DNA of 64,000 nt from Octopus vulgaris. Lineage: Eukaryota. The stretch lies in the NCBI GenBank assembly GCA_951406725.2, contig OX597814.1, forward strand, positions 174,096,001 to 174,160,000. Reading direction: 5' to 3'. This document shows positions 12,462 through 25,605 of the stretch, piece after piece. The first letter of the stretch is position 1, and the number at the start of each line of letters is the position of its first letter. The notes beneath the pieces were generated by a model. That model searched no databases, had not been told where the DNA came from, and saw only the letters and a program-made list of their open reading frames with translations. The position numbers were made by a program, and so were the translations under genes.

Positions 12462-13172
12462 TATATGTTGTATGAAGTCCTTGTTATATGCTTGGATTGA
12501 GCTGATCTATGTGCAAAGGAGTTTCAGCCATGACTGTCTCATCTATGTTTCAAGCATAATTTATCTAAGACTACATTATTTAACGTGTTCTTTTTGTGGG
12601 GGGGGGGTTCTGATTGGAGGGTGTTTGGCTGCTTTTTCAAGTAGGGTGAACAATCATGTAGATTTTCGTTCATTTGGTCATGTAGTAAACTCCACTCTAC
12701 GCTGTTGAATAGTTGCCAATAGCTAAAGAAACAAACATTCTAATATAAAACCAGTTGATTCTCACAAAAAGTATCTGTGCAAAATTGGTGCAAGTCTTCA
12801 GATTTATAAACAAGCAACAGTAGAATGTTGTAACAATTTTTTTTCTCCTGTAAGTTACTAGTCAACTCTTCAGATAATGATTTGTCTATCATTTAACTTT
12901 GGCAACACTAATTCACATGAGATCATTCCTGCTTCTATGATATAACATTATTTCAAAGCTTTCATAATTAAATAGAAACCTTTCAGCTTCATTTTATGTA
13001 AAAACCTTTTAGTTCAGTTATGTTCCATATATCAACTTAATATACCAATAAATAAATGAGCCAAAGAAGTGGATGGTGTAAGCACTATGTGGTCACTTGA
13101 ACTGCAAGAAATGGCAGCCAAATCATTCTGGAATCATTCCTACTCAAAGAAGATCATATTGGATGATATATT

Positions 13173-13696
13173 AGAGGAGCTCCCAGGGGCATCCTGTCTT
13201 GAATTCCTCTGTTATTGCCTGGAGGACTATGATGAATAAGAGGGGACTGAGGACTGATCCTTGGTGGACCCCTACCCCTACCCGTGATTCTTCACTGTAC
13301 TCGTTGCCAACCCTCACCTTACTGACAGCATCCCTGTACATGGCTTGCACAGCTCTCACTAACCATTCATCTATCCCTAGTTTCCTCATTGACCACCAGA
13401 TAAGGGATCGGGGGTGGGGACCCTGTCAAAGGCTTTCTCCATGTCAACGAAAGCCAGGTACAGAGGTTTATCTTTGGCTAGGTATTTCTCCTGTAGCTAT
13501 TTTACCAGAAATATAACATCAGTGGTGCTTTTCCCTGGCACAAACCCAAACTGCATCTTATCTAGACTGACTTGCTCCCTAATTAGTTGGGCTATGATCC
13601 TCTCCGTGACCTTCATTACCTGATCCAACAACTTGATACCTCTGAAATTATTTGTATCTAAAGCTTCACCTTTACCTTTGTAGCAGTTGACTATCA
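13173..13696 (-). mobile_element. RTE-clade LINE reverse-transcriptase fragment
   Basis: NNFRGIKLL...QFGFVPGKSTTD...FVDMEKAFDRVP...GVHQGSVLSPLLF across frameshifts. Confidence 0.9.
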
Positions 13697-15291
13697 TGTT
13701 TGTGTTTCTATGTCTTGACATTGCATAACATAGAGGAACTTTATTTATTTCCAATATTCTGTGTAAACTTATCTGAACATGGGGGAATATTACCTTACTT
13801 GGAAACAGATATAGGTTGGTGACAGGAAGGGTAGATGGTCATAGAAAATCTACCTCAATAAACTCTTTCCAACCCATATTAGCATGGAAAAGTGGATGTT
13901 AAAATGATGATGATTAAACAATTTACTTATGTAACTAGTAGTAAAAGATTTGATATGTATTAAAATGCTAAGAGAATGCATACATGTACTCATTTTAAAT
14001 ATATCAACAGTTAATGTAAACCAGAAAATACTATTCAGTACTATTACTGACACATACTTGTATGGCAATAAAACATAAGAATTGTTGGCTGTTAGTGTCC
14101 AGTCTTTAACATCCCTCTTTTTTTCTGCTTTTCTAAACCCCATTCCCATATCTCCTCACTAAAATGGATATTCTTCTCTTAGGAACTAGTATATAATCTT
14201 ATTTAGAAATTAATACCAATTTTTTCCAGTCTCATTGAGTAATAGTTATTCTGAGGTAAAAACAATTTGAAGCATGGAAAAATGATGGTACCACAATATG
14301 GAAACATACTCTTCACCAAAAACTATAAGAAAAATCTGAACCCCCTTCAAATTTCAAAATAACTCTATTTAATCAAATTCAAGACTTAGTCTTTGTGAAC
14401 TTCTTTCACTATTTTGTTAAACTTGAACTTTTTTACAAATGAATATAAAAATAGAAATTAAAGCTATAAAAGAGTCAAAAGCAATGATTTTGTAAAGTAA
14501 TTTGGAAAAATTTTAGGAAAACAAAGCATTTGCTTTCTCAAATTCTCACAAACCCTCCTATAGCCCCCACTCTTCCAAAAGTACAAGAAATTGAGTTGTT
14601 TTGCCAAGAAATATTTTTCTATCATAACACATATCTTTTACAGTTCAATTTTGGCTGTGTTTTCATTTCCAAGTGCTTCCGCAAGAACAAAGCACATAGT
14701 GGTTATCTTGTTTGTATTTCTTTTCTGTTCCACTCGACCCAGAGTGGGAGTTCAATTCTGCTCAAAATTTAAAACTGTGTTAAGTAGAACACAACAAATA
14801 AAACTAAACCAAAGAAAACAATATTTTTAGACCAACAACTTTAATATTACATTTATGAATTTGGCAAAAAAAATAATAAATAAATAAATGACCATCCTGA
14901 AATATAACAATAACTTTATTAATGTATTTCATTGTCTTTATTTTCTTAATCCAAATCCCACACATGTTAACTTTGTCTTCCAATCTTTCTGGGAGTAATG
15001 ATCAACAAAATAAGAAATAGTTAAGTACTGGTATCAATTAAATGCTTGTTCCCAGCAGCAAGTTATAGTTGTGCCTTATATTGGAGACCAGCTATTGTCC
15101 TTATTTGCACTGTTGCTTCACCAAATTCTGAAGTCTTTAGATTCAATTAAGCCATATTCCTAGCAGTAAACATTTCTTAATTCCTCTCTAGGTCTTTAAC
15201 TACTTTGGAGGATTTTTAGCGGAAAAGAAATCAGTTTCTTTTGTAATACTAGTGCAAAGATTTATTTATAGGCACAGGTGTTGTTGTGTGC

Positions 15292-15520
15292 TTAACCCTT
15301 TCATTACCATATTTCTGTTGAGATGCTCTGATTTTCTTTCAATTAATTTTAAATATAACAAAGAATTTAGTAAAATAACTTAGTTATCGTTCAGTTAGTG
15401 TTAGGAACATAAATTGTGACTAAGGTTTGGTGGAAGATTTTAATTCCAAACTTTTGAAAACTAGACATTTGTACTCTGAGCCAGAGGCGGTTTCAGCCGG
15501 GTTGATAACGAAACGGTTAA
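15292..15520. mobile_element. piggyBac-type MITE family 1 nested in a SINE A head
   Basis: TTAA-CCCTTTC...GAAACGG-TTAA. It splits the SINE head gtgtgcttaa|gaagc, duplicating TTAA. Confidence 0.85.
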
Positions 15521-16754
15521 GAAGCTTTCTTCCCAAACATGTGGGTCGTGGGTTCAGTCCCTCTGTGTAGTACTTTGGACAAGTGTTTTCTATTATAGCT
15601 TCAGGTCGACCAATTCTTTTAAATTCCTAATAGGTGGATTAGGTAGATGGAAATTGAAAGGAACCCACTGTGTGTGTGCATACGAGAGCTTGTACCCTAT
15701 CACTGCTTGACAACTAGTGTTGATTTGTTTACATCCCTGTAACTTGGCAGTTCAGTAAAGGAGACTAACAGAATAAGTACCATGCTTAAATATATATAAA
15801 AAAAAAGTACTGAGGGCAATTTGTTTTACTAATCCCTTCAAGGCAGTGTCTCCGAATGGCTGCAGTACAATGACTGAAACAAATAAAAGATAGAATATGG
15901 AGACAATACAAGTGAGCAGTGCCAACCAATTCGGCCTTCCATCTATTATTGTTAATATAATTTTTTTTTTATTCTTTGCAATACATGACTCAGTCTGTGT
16001 GGCTGCGATTTATAATAATGGAAAGAATTGAAGTGGTGGGGGAAGGCAATGGTATGATTGCTATTTTGCGGAATAATAGTGAAGCTTTTATGTTAGCTTT
16101 ATGAAAAGGAAAATATACTAACAAAATATATTGGGAAACATTGAATTAAGGAAATAAAAGGCAAAACCTCTACTGCAACTACATAAGTTCTGATTGCTTC
16201 AATGAAAATAAAATACAAAATTACACAACTAATTTGTGTAGATATGTGCGCGTGCACACATGTAAAAAATTCCTCCCTACATATTTTACTCTTAAATTTC
16301 TTCATTCCAAACCTATGTGCATGCAATTTTGAATTTGTATATCTTTAGTTCTGTATGTGAATTAATCTCTAAAAAGAATCAGTGAAAGAATTCAAGAATT
16401 CATTACATTTTTTAAATAGATTTATTCTCAAGATTGTAAATTTTCAACATGTCCACCATATTACTTATACAAATGGTATTGCAATTCTGAAGTTCAAGAA
16501 CTGTCTTGCAGTTGATTTTCAGTTATATTTTGAATAACATTAGTCATTTTAGCCTTGCAATGCAAGTCATCTATAGAATGAGATTTAGTTTAACAGTAAT
16601 CTTTACATATCTCCATAAAATAAAGTTGAAAGTAATTGGCTGTGTGGTAAGTAGCTTGCTTACCAACTGCATCGTTTCGGGTTCAGTCTCACTGCATGGC
16701 ACCTTGTGCCTTCAACTATAGCGTTTACCTAATACCGAGTTCTCATTCTTTATA

Positions 16755-17137
16755 GGCGTAGGAGTGGCTGTGTGGTAAGTAGCTTGCTTACCAACCACAT
16801 GGTTCTGGGCTCAGTTCCACTGTATGGCAACTTGGGCAAGTGTCTTCTACTATAGCCTCGGGCCGACTAAAGCCTTGTGAGTGAATTTGGTAGATGGAAA
16901 CCGAAAGAAGCCTGTCGTATATATGTATATATATATGTGTGTGTATATTTGTGTGTCTGTGTTTGTCCCCCTAACATCACTTGGCAACCAGTGCTGGTGT
17001 GTTTACGTCCCCGTAACTTCGCAGTTTGGCAAAAGAGACCAATAGAATAAGACCTGGGGTCAATTTGCTCAACTAAAGGTGGTGCTCCAGCATGGCTGCA
17101 GTCAAATGACTGAAACGAGTAAAAGAGTTAAAAGAGT
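16755..17137 (+). mobile_element. SINE family A, full length
   Basis: ggcgtaggagtggctgtgtggtaag...gtaaaagag; a truncated second head lies at 16637-16721. Confidence 0.85.
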
Positions 17138-18155
17138 ATATATTTTTAATTTATCAACAACAAAGTAGCTGCATCAGCTATTTTATTTTTTAATTACCAT
17201 GTACAGATTAATTCTATCAATATACAGAACTAAAATTATGTTTAGTTTAAGATATATAATTTAAAATTTTGCCGTGTTTTTATGATGACCCTGTATATTA
17301 TGAAGGAAACAAAATTTAAATATGTAAAATGTGTATGCAGATGCAATATTCATATACACAACATAGAGCCATGTGCAGACATGGCTCTTCACATTCACAT
17401 AGTCTCAGGTTCAGTTTGACTGTATGGCACTTTGGGAAAGAGTCTTCTACTGTAGCCTTGGGCCAATCATTGCTTTGTAAGTGAATTTGCTTGGAAGAAA
17501 GTGTGGAAGCCCATCATGCATATGTTTTTGTGTGTTTATGTCTTGTTACTTATTGGTGTGGTAAATGGAAAATAACATCAGGCTTAAGTATGTACTGGAG
17601 TCAATATGAACATCTAAAACCCCTAAGGTGATATCCTAGCATAGCTGCAATTTAACAAGTGAAACAGGTAAAAGAGTATTTGAAAGAGAATCAAAAGTTA
17701 TTTGTTGGTTACTCATCTTTAGTACTCTTCCTTATTGGCTTCTGTGTGTCTGCATCAAAGCTAAACTTAACAACGTAAAATACATTGATTTTTCTACATA
17801 GACACAATACCTGGAATATGCAGATGTAGACAACCAACAATATCAACCTCAGTACTCAACTAGAGTTTATACTATCAACATGGGAAGGTTATGCTCTGCC
17901 AGGTTTGAACTCAGACTGTAAAGAGCCCACAACTACCACAAGACATTTTGTCCTCTGACCTAATGCTTCTGCTAATCCATCACCCTAAACTATGTAAACT
18001 ATGTATCAATTTCAAGCTTAGGGAGAAGAGGTAGAATGGCCCTCTACTTGACAGGTATTTGTATTCATTGACTGGAACTAAACCAATCCTGATGAGATTT
18101 TAGGTTTGAAACTAAAGGAGTTGTGACCAAAAGCTGCAAGACATTGTCATTTTGT

Positions 18156-18360
18156 TTAACCCTTTTGTTTCTGTATTTCTTTCAATTACTTCAAATATAA
18201 CAAAGAATTTAGTAAAATAACTTTATCATTCAGCTGGTGTTAGGAACATTAATTGTGACTAAGATTTGGGGGAAGATTATAATTCAAAACTTATGAAAAC
18301 AAGACATTTATACTAAAGAGCCAAAGCCGGTTTCAGCCGGGTTGGTTACGAAAGGGTTAA
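18156..18360. mobile_element. piggyBac-type MITE family 1
   Basis: TTAACCCTTT...AAAGGGTTAA; body matches 15292-15520. Confidence 0.85.
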
Positions 18361-19229
18361 GGTTGTAATGTTTCTACTATCTACTGCTGCAAAAACATAA
18401 TAAAAACCATACTAAGTGATGTCAACAATCTCCATGGAAGTAATAACTTGCTTGAGTTCCCTATAGGAATCATCCCACTTATTGTTTAGCCACAGGTCAA
18501 TCCTGTTTGAGTAAACTTATAATCAGAGGTATTCCTGCCATGACCATTCTCACTTATTTTTTTGTTATAATTTATCTAAGGCTACAGTGTCTAATGTGTT
18601 CTTGCTTTTCTAAAAGAGTAGGTAGGTTATATTATGAGCTATTTCTGGGTGGTTGAATGACCACATGAAGGTTCTCTGTTACAAATAGGAATCTACTTGA
18701 TCAGACCAGCTCTTGGGCAATGCTAACCTTCTTAAAGTCACAAATATTGTAATATTGTAATTTTCATTATCTTTAATCATCTTTCACCAAAATCACAGAT
18801 TTCAATGCTAATAATTCAACTATAGTCATCATAGAAGAATGGATAAGCTATGTCTGTCTTGTTAAAGCAGTCTTCTTAAGTATTGACCAAACAATTTACT
18901 GGGCTACTGATATTGAGCATTACTTGTTTATAATAAGCATGTCCATGAAGGGAATACTGTATTGATTGAATAAATTGAATTCTTGTATATCTATTTTACT
19001 ATTTATGTCTCATCTGTTGCTATGAGACTTAATGTATTCATCTTAAATTAGTAACCGCATGTGGAATTATTCTTTTGCTGTGCCTAAATATTACTGGATA
19101 TCTATAATAAAACAAGTTTTTTTTTCCACCCCAATTGTATTTCATATTTCTTGGTTATCATGCTTATCACCAAGGAAGAATAAAATTAATCTCTCTACAG
19201 AAAGCTGATGATAAATTACTTGAATGTGT

Positions 19230-19287
<58 letters not shown>

Positions 19288-19292
<5 letters not shown>

Positions 19293-19467
19293 GCTTGTGA
19301 CTTAGTGGTTAGGGTGTTGCATTCATGATTGTAAGATTGATGTTTTGATTCCTGGACCGTATGATGCATTATGTTCTTAAGTAAAACACCCTTCATTTCA
19401 TGTTGCTCTAGTCCATTCAGCTTGCAAAAATGAGTAATCCTGCAATGGACTGGCATCCTATCCAGGT
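19288..19467 (+). mobile_element. tRNA-derived SINE (family E)
   Basis: Head cttagtggttagggtgt; same body as the minus-strand copy at 54351-54588. Confidence 0.65.
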
Positions 19468-19650
19468 GCATTATATTTGGAATAGTGGATTCTCAAAAGT
19501 ACACAGAAAGCCACAAATTATATCCAACAGTGTTTTGCAACTCAATATTTACATGCTATTATTTATATCTTTGTGTATATTTTAAGAATCCAGTATTCCA
19601 AAAAGTAATGATGGTTTTTGATAAGCAACGTCGATTTTTACAATTCTGTA

Positions 19651-19895
19651 AATAATAATAGTATTTTATAAGCTTAAAGCTTACAAGCAATCACAATGCA
19701 ATGATTGAAGAAAATAGTCTAATAATGGGGCATATAAGCCCTCAGCTGAAAAAAAGTAGGTTTTCTTGTCCCACACATAGAGGAAGACCTACTTTTTCCA
19801 TCAAGGGTTTATATGCCCCATTATTAGACTATTTCCTTTTGTCATAGCATAGTGATCATTTCTAAACTTCAAGATTATAAAATACTATTGTTATT
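19651..19895. repeat. ~245-bp fold-back palindrome (MITE-like)
   Basis: Arms of about 115 bp (e.g. aatagtctaataatggggcatataa / ttatatgccccattattagactatt) around a ~13-nt loop. Confidence 0.85.
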
Positions 19896-20012
19896 ATATA
19901 TGTATGCACTTTCCTAGTGTTAGAATAGACTTGATACAATTACTGAGGATAGTTGTGTGAACCACACAATATCTTTTTTGTGTTATCATGATTTGAATAT
20001 CCTAGTTTGTGT

Positions 20013-20627
20013 TCTGATCAATAAGTATCCTGGCTGTTGCCTTAGTAACGAAACTAAAGCACACGGAGTGAATCCACTTGGCACAGATTGATCATGAACT
20101 CTGCTGTGCATGCACACTAAGTTTTACCGTTCTAGCTCATTTCTACTGTTTACAGCAGTGCTTGGCAGGAACATGTGTAGCATGTGATCATCACATTGAT
20201 CATGGCAGAGAATCTGCATCAAATTTTGCCAAAAACTTGGTGATACCTGCTCCATGCTGCAAACACATCTGCGATGTCTTTCTCAGTTCTGTTGGTTGCA
20301 TGTCTCTCAGAATGTTCGTCAATATTGACATTTTTTCAGCCATCTTGGTATCGTCTGAACCACTCATCACTCCTCTCCATACACTTTCTGCAACTTTGAG
20401 CAGGTATCACCATGTCAACTTTCTCTGTCATGGTCAATGTGACAATCACACGCTACACACGTTCCTACCAAGCACTGCTGTAAACAGCAGAAGTGAGCTA
20501 GAATGTTAAAACTTAGTGCACCTACACAGCAGAGTTCAAGGTCAATTTTTGCCAAGCAGCTTTACTCTGTATGCTTTAGCTTCATTACTATGGCAACAGT
20601 CCAGATATTTATTGATCAGACCTCATA
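20013..20627. mobile_element. Mariner-derived fold-back element built from two inward-facing 5' ends
   Basis: ~175-bp inverted arms. The + strand encodes RICIKFCQKLGDTCS; the - strand carries KLQKVYGEE...EWFRRYQDG, a mariner N-terminus. Confidence 0.8.
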
Positions 20628-21049
20628 TATATTATGCTAAAATCTTTTTGAAATGAAATATTTTTCATCAAAATTTTAAGTTAGATAAGAACACTTTTGT
20701 ATGGGTGGTCTTAAAAGAAGTTTGTATTAAAAACGTACAACACATGTAAATTCATAGTCTATTAGTGTTTCTGTGTGCATTTATACATGTTTGAATATAT
20801 TCTTATATCTATGTGTCCTTGTTTTCCATTGTCTGGCATGTACCCCAGAACATATTTCAATATTTGCATGTACCCCAGAACATATTTCAATATTTGAATG
20901 AATTATTTTGATGAAATTCATACTTCAATGGAATACTTAGATGCAATTCATACTTCAGTGTATTATTGGAAAACACAATACTTCCACATGTTTTACATTT
21001 TCATAAACATACATACATATATATTTATTTATTTATTTTCTATTTACAG

Positions 21050-21103
21050 AGGTTAAGAACTGAAAACAGATTGCTACGACAGCGGATAGAAAACTTGGAA
21101 AAG
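21050..21103 (+). CDS. EVI5: EVI5 coding exon A (first seen in window): RLRTENRLLRQRIENLEK
   Basis: Acceptor ttttctatttacag, donor AAG|gttatt, 54 nt, phase 0/0. The peptide matches the EVI5 post-TBC motif RLRTENRLLxQRIExLEK, recalled from vertebrate EVI5. Confidence 0.93.
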
Positions 21104-21631
21104 GTTATTATTACTTTACCATTCTTCTCCAAATAATATTCATTATTACATGTTGTGTGTGTGTGTGTGTGTTGTTTGTACACAAATAGGTCATTGTAAA
21201 TAGTGTAGTGGCTATTACTTCAGGCAGTTGTAACAGTGGTTGTTGATTGTTATTTTTAGAATAGGTCAACAGAATCAGCAGAGTTGCAGGCAAAATAATG
21301 CCTTTCTCAGAATTACTTTTATCCTTTTACTTTCTAATTTTGAATCCTGCTGTGGTCAGTTATGTTCTTTCTCTTTTTTTTTCTATTGTCTTTCCAAGGT
21401 TAATCAAGGTTATAGTAGAAGACACTTCAGTAAGTGTCTTAAACTATACCCTTGGACTGACCAATGACTTGTGAATATAATTGCAAGATAAGAATTGTAT
21501 GAAAGCTTGTCGTGTGTGTGTGTGTGTTTGTACGCATGTGTGTGTGCACAATTATTATCCACATACTTTTGTACTGACACTGGTTAAACAACATTGTTGT
21601 TATATTTACATCTCCTGTAAACTTGTCTGTA

Positions 21632-22524
21632 AACCAGAACAGCCTTAACAATTTGAGAAGCCCTGTAAGGTGCTATGAACACTGCCCCCTTTCTGCAGAC
21701 TAACTTGAAAAAGACAACTGAATTTCCAAGAGAAATAACCTAGTTGCTCTTGAGAAATGAGTATGTATACAACTGTGAGCATTTCTTTGTGTCTATGGGT
21801 ACATTACATCCTCTAACTTGTCTATTTTGCTATGTGAGAACCATTAAAATAAAGTACCTTATTTGAAAGTATACATTGGTAACAGGAAGGCCATCAAGCT
21901 GTGGAATATTGCTTCAAGAAATTTCCAAACCATGCCAGCATGGGAAAAGTTGATGTAAAAAGTGACGAAGGGTTATATTTTGTTATTTTCAGGAATCAGC
22001 ATCTCTGGCAGATAAGCTGATCCAAGACCAAGTGACTCGAGCGCAGGAAGCTGAAGAAACTTTTATACTGAAAAACCAATTGGCATCAGGAAAGCAACAG
22101 TTACATGAAACACAAAGGAAATTACAAGAAGCTGACAAATTAATTTCAGAGATAAAGGAGCGTGTAAGTATTCTTTTTTTCACCCGTTATTATTTATACA
22201 CCCATAAATACTTCTATTCATTATTCACTCCACCTTAAATTTCTACATACACCCTTAAACACGTCTACAAATGCTTGGCCCCCACAATCTCTGATGAACT
22301 GTTTCTACCCCAATATCAACCTGCCGGATACAGTTTAGACTGAGCAGCAACCAAAACAGCCTTAACTATTTGAGATGCTCTGCAAGGTGCTATGAACACT
22401 GCCCCCTTTCTTCATACTAACTTGAAAAAGACAACTGAATTTCCAAGTGAAATAACCTAGTTGCTCTTGAAAAATGAATATGTATACAGCTGTGAGCATC
22501 TCTTTGTGACTATGGTTACATTAC
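21632..22524 (+). repeat. 176-bp direct duplication bracketing exon B (21632-21807 and 22349-22524)
   Basis: Two ~90% identical copies (aacagccttaac...gtgctatgaacactgccccc...tacattac). Confidence 0.9.
21993..22163 (+). CDS. EVI5: EVI5 exon B: ESASLADKLIQDQVTRAQEAEETFILKNQL...EIKER
   Basis: Acceptor ttattttcag, donor CGT|gtaagt, 171 nt, phase 0/0. ESASLADxLIQxQVTRAQEAEE is a diagnostic EVI5 motif. Confidence 0.96.
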
Positions 22525-22909
22525 TTTATTGCCTAATTCTACATATTCAGTTTACCAAGAAGAAATAGAATTAGCATTTTATAAGGAGGAAGTTGTTTTT
22601 GTTTGATTCTTCCCCCCCCCCCCCCCGCCCGTTTTCTTTCATTCTCCAGAATATTAAAATGTATCAGTCCTAGTTTTACCTCTTGATTGATAGTAATGAG
22701 ATAAATGACATATTACTTAACTTATTAGGATTTATTGAGACACTAGCAAAACTCTTCTCATCATGTAATGTATAACTAAGTCGCCATAGCGCAGCACATC
22801 CCACTTTACTCAATATCTTCAGGAAGAATTTATGTCAGACTGCAAATTAACAAACTATATATCAGGCAATGTTACTACTGTTTGGGGTGTTCAGTTGCAT
22901 CATTCCCTG

Positions 22910-23111
22910 TGCCCTCTACCAAATGGAGACTGACAACCTGCAGTATTTGACCTTGGGACTTGTTAATGGTCAATGCATAACTGACTCTCAGTGGGAATTG
23001 CAATCGTTTGAAACAAAAGGGGACACCTGTTGGTATTAGTGGTATTCTAGGCATAAATACAATGTCTCGCTTACCACTTCCAGTGAAGATTTTTGCTTCG
23101 ATAATGGTCAA
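22910..23111 (-). mobile_element. Helitron RepHel PIF1-helicase fragment
   Basis: IIEAKIFTG...PRIPLIP...FKRLQFPLRVSYALTINKSQGQ. Confidence 0.85.
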
Positions 23112-23240
23112 AGTAATTTAAATGACAGGAAAAACATGAAATAGTATCAATTTTATTTAGTGTTTTCAGTGGTCAGCATATAAAAAACAAGCTTTGCTTT
23201 TTGTAAGTATATATAGACATTACGATCAAATACTATGTGG

Positions 23241-23475
23241 AAGCACCATCCGTTTGTGGCTGTTGCCAGCCTCGCCTGGCCCCTGTGCCGGTGGCACGTA
23301 AAAAGCACCCACTACACTCATGGAGTGGTTGGTGTTAGGAAGCGCATCCAGCCGTAGAAACATTGCCAGATCAGACTGGGCCTGGTGCAGCCTTCTGGTT
23401 TCCCAGACACCAGTTGAACCGTCCAACCCATGCTAGCATGGAAAGCGGACGCTAAACGATGATTATGATGATGAT
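23241..23475 (+). mobile_element. SINE family C
   Basis: Core ggtgttaggaagcgcatccagccgtagaaac, (GAT)n tail and one minisatellite unit. Confidence 0.75.
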
Positions 23476-23688
23476 TGCTAGAAATAGGAGCCAATACACT
23501 ACCAACTCACCCCACCAACCCCTTTCAGAAAATAAATGCACATTTATCTGTGGAATAGTCAAATTAATTTAAATGACATGTAAAACCTGAAATATTATCA
23601 ATTTTATTTAGTGTTTTCAACATACAAAGAAACAAACTTTGTGTTTTACAAGGATAGAGATATATCTATGTACTTTTCTTGCTTTCAG

Positions 23689-23844
23689 ACTGATTCAATC
23701 AATGTAGCCACTGTACTTGATGATAAGATTGCTCAGCATCTAGTGCAGCAGCTGCAGGAAGAGCTGATATCAGTGCGGTTAAAAGATAATGAAACAGCTG
23801 CTGTGATTAAAGATATGAAAGTTAAAATCAAAGAACTTGAAGAT
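23689..23844 (+). CDS. EVI5: EVI5 exon C: TDSINV...LQEELISVRLKDNE...KIKELED
   Basis: Acceptor ttttcttgctttcag, donor GAT|gtaagt, 156 nt, phase 0/0; coiled-coil repeat 1. Confidence 0.93.
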
Positions 23845-24002
23845 GTAAGTAGATTTCTCTACTAATTGATTTGGTAAATTTTATTGTTATTGTTTAATTC
23901 CCATATCAACTCCCATCCACCTGATCTATTATTATTAAAGATGTGCTAATCATAACCATTATATTTGTTTGTATATCAGAGACTACATTGTTCGATGTAT
24001 CT

Positions 24003-24229
24003 TTAACCCTTTAGTTTTCTGATTATTCTATCAAACATAATGCTTATTGGGTCATATTGATTTGAATTAATCATGCATTATCTCATATCTTCAAGATCTT
24101 GATGGTGTAATTACTTAATGTAGAATAACATTGTAGGGTAGGTGTGAGGGCCTGGATCTGGTCAGTCTGAACATAAAACAGATTAAATATTTTGGCCGGA
24201 TATGGCCGGTTTAAATACTAAAGGGTTAA
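24003..24229 (+). mobile_element. piggyBac-type MITE family 2
   Basis: TTAACCCTTTAG...CTAAAGGGTTAA, 227 bp. Confidence 0.88.
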
Positions 24230-25458
24230 GATGGTAGGATCAGATTTGAGTGACCTTTGCTGCTATTTCTTGTGGGTTGAGCGGCCATGTAGAACATTGG
24301 TCATTTGCTTGATTGACTTGGTATTAACAGTAATAGTTGCTTGATGCAATCAATTACTGGTCAAGTACTCAATGGCATATTGGTTGCTAGCTGGTCAAAC
24401 ATTTGAATATAACTAACAAATCCATACATCATTTTTTTGTCTAGTTGAGCACCACACACTATATTACTCTAGCCTATAGCCATTTATCACATGGTGGACC
24501 ATGAAAAATACCAATTCAGGGCAGTGGATTGGCAGAGTTGTTATAGAATCAGGGTGGATACCTTACAGCATCTGTTCCAATTCATTGTATCCTGACAGTA
24601 ATGATATAGATGCTTAGCTATCTTGACCCAAGTCAGCAGCCTTTCTTTTGGCCACATAAAAGTGGTATACAGAGAAGAGACTTATATGCATAGGTAGCTA
24701 TGCCAGTCTTTCTAAACAGATCTTGGCCCAGCCTGCTCAAACATATGCAAATGCATAGTTAGCCTTGACCGCCAGAGGCCCTAATTTTTTTTTTTTTTTT
24801 CACAGACGTGTTCTGTATCATATCAGGTACCAGTTTTTCCAAAATATTCTCATTAGTCCAGATGCACTATCATGCATTTTAGGATGTTTTCCATTTCTCT
24901 CCTCTGCCTAAAATATAAACAAACCTCCTAATCTTTTCTCTCTTATTTAACCAATGAGATGTGGTGAGGTAAACGATCCTCTATATATTTTATCTATTTT
25001 TGTGAAGGAAGTGGAAGAAGAAATGCTCTTAAATATTGTATTTATTAGATACAAGACAACATTTTTATCACTGTTGACCTAACTCCAGTATGTTACTAAT
25101 ACTGGTACAACTTTGATTCTCCAGAACCTTTTGGTTTCAAACCATTTCCAGATTACTGATTTTTCTGAACCAAGGGTGGTCAACAATTTCTAAATTAAAC
25201 TAATATTGAATTTTCTGAAAATAATTAAATGAAATACAGACACCTGTACATTAGTGTAAATGATACAAGTTTATCAATACTATACTGTACAAGGTACCAG
25301 TAAACTGGTTTTGAAGCTGCAAGAATTTGAAGTTCCTGCTCATAAATTAGTGTGGATTATAAGCAGTTCCAGACCAAACCTTCAATATCTGTACTTATTT
25401 TATCACCTCCTCTTTATGTGCCAACTTTGTAATAATCTTCTACTACTTAACATTTCAG

Positions 25459-25605
25459 ACAAACCAAATGTTACAGCGAGCTCCAAGTAATGATGTCCAG
25501 CATTTACAAGAAGAACTTATTGCTGTGAAGTTACGAGAAGCTGAAGCTAATTTGTCATTGAAGGAACTCCGTATGAAAGTTAATGAGCTTGATCAGTTCT
25601 GGGAG
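25459..25605 (+). CDS. EVI5: EVI5 exon D: TNQMLQ...LQEELIAVKLREAEANLSLKELRMKVNELDQFWE
   Basis: Acceptor catttcag, donor GAG|gttagt, 147 nt, phase 0/0. LQEELIAVKLREAEA matches EVI5. Not shown in the ORF track. Confidence 0.95.

Noticed and set aside
20078-20509. 143-aa Cys/His-rich ORF
   Set aside because: It lies wholly within the mariner fold-back and is off-frame or antisense transposon sequence.
22875-23111. Host PIF1 helicase gene
   Set aside because: An isolated ~200-bp Helitron-type fragment with no flanking exons.
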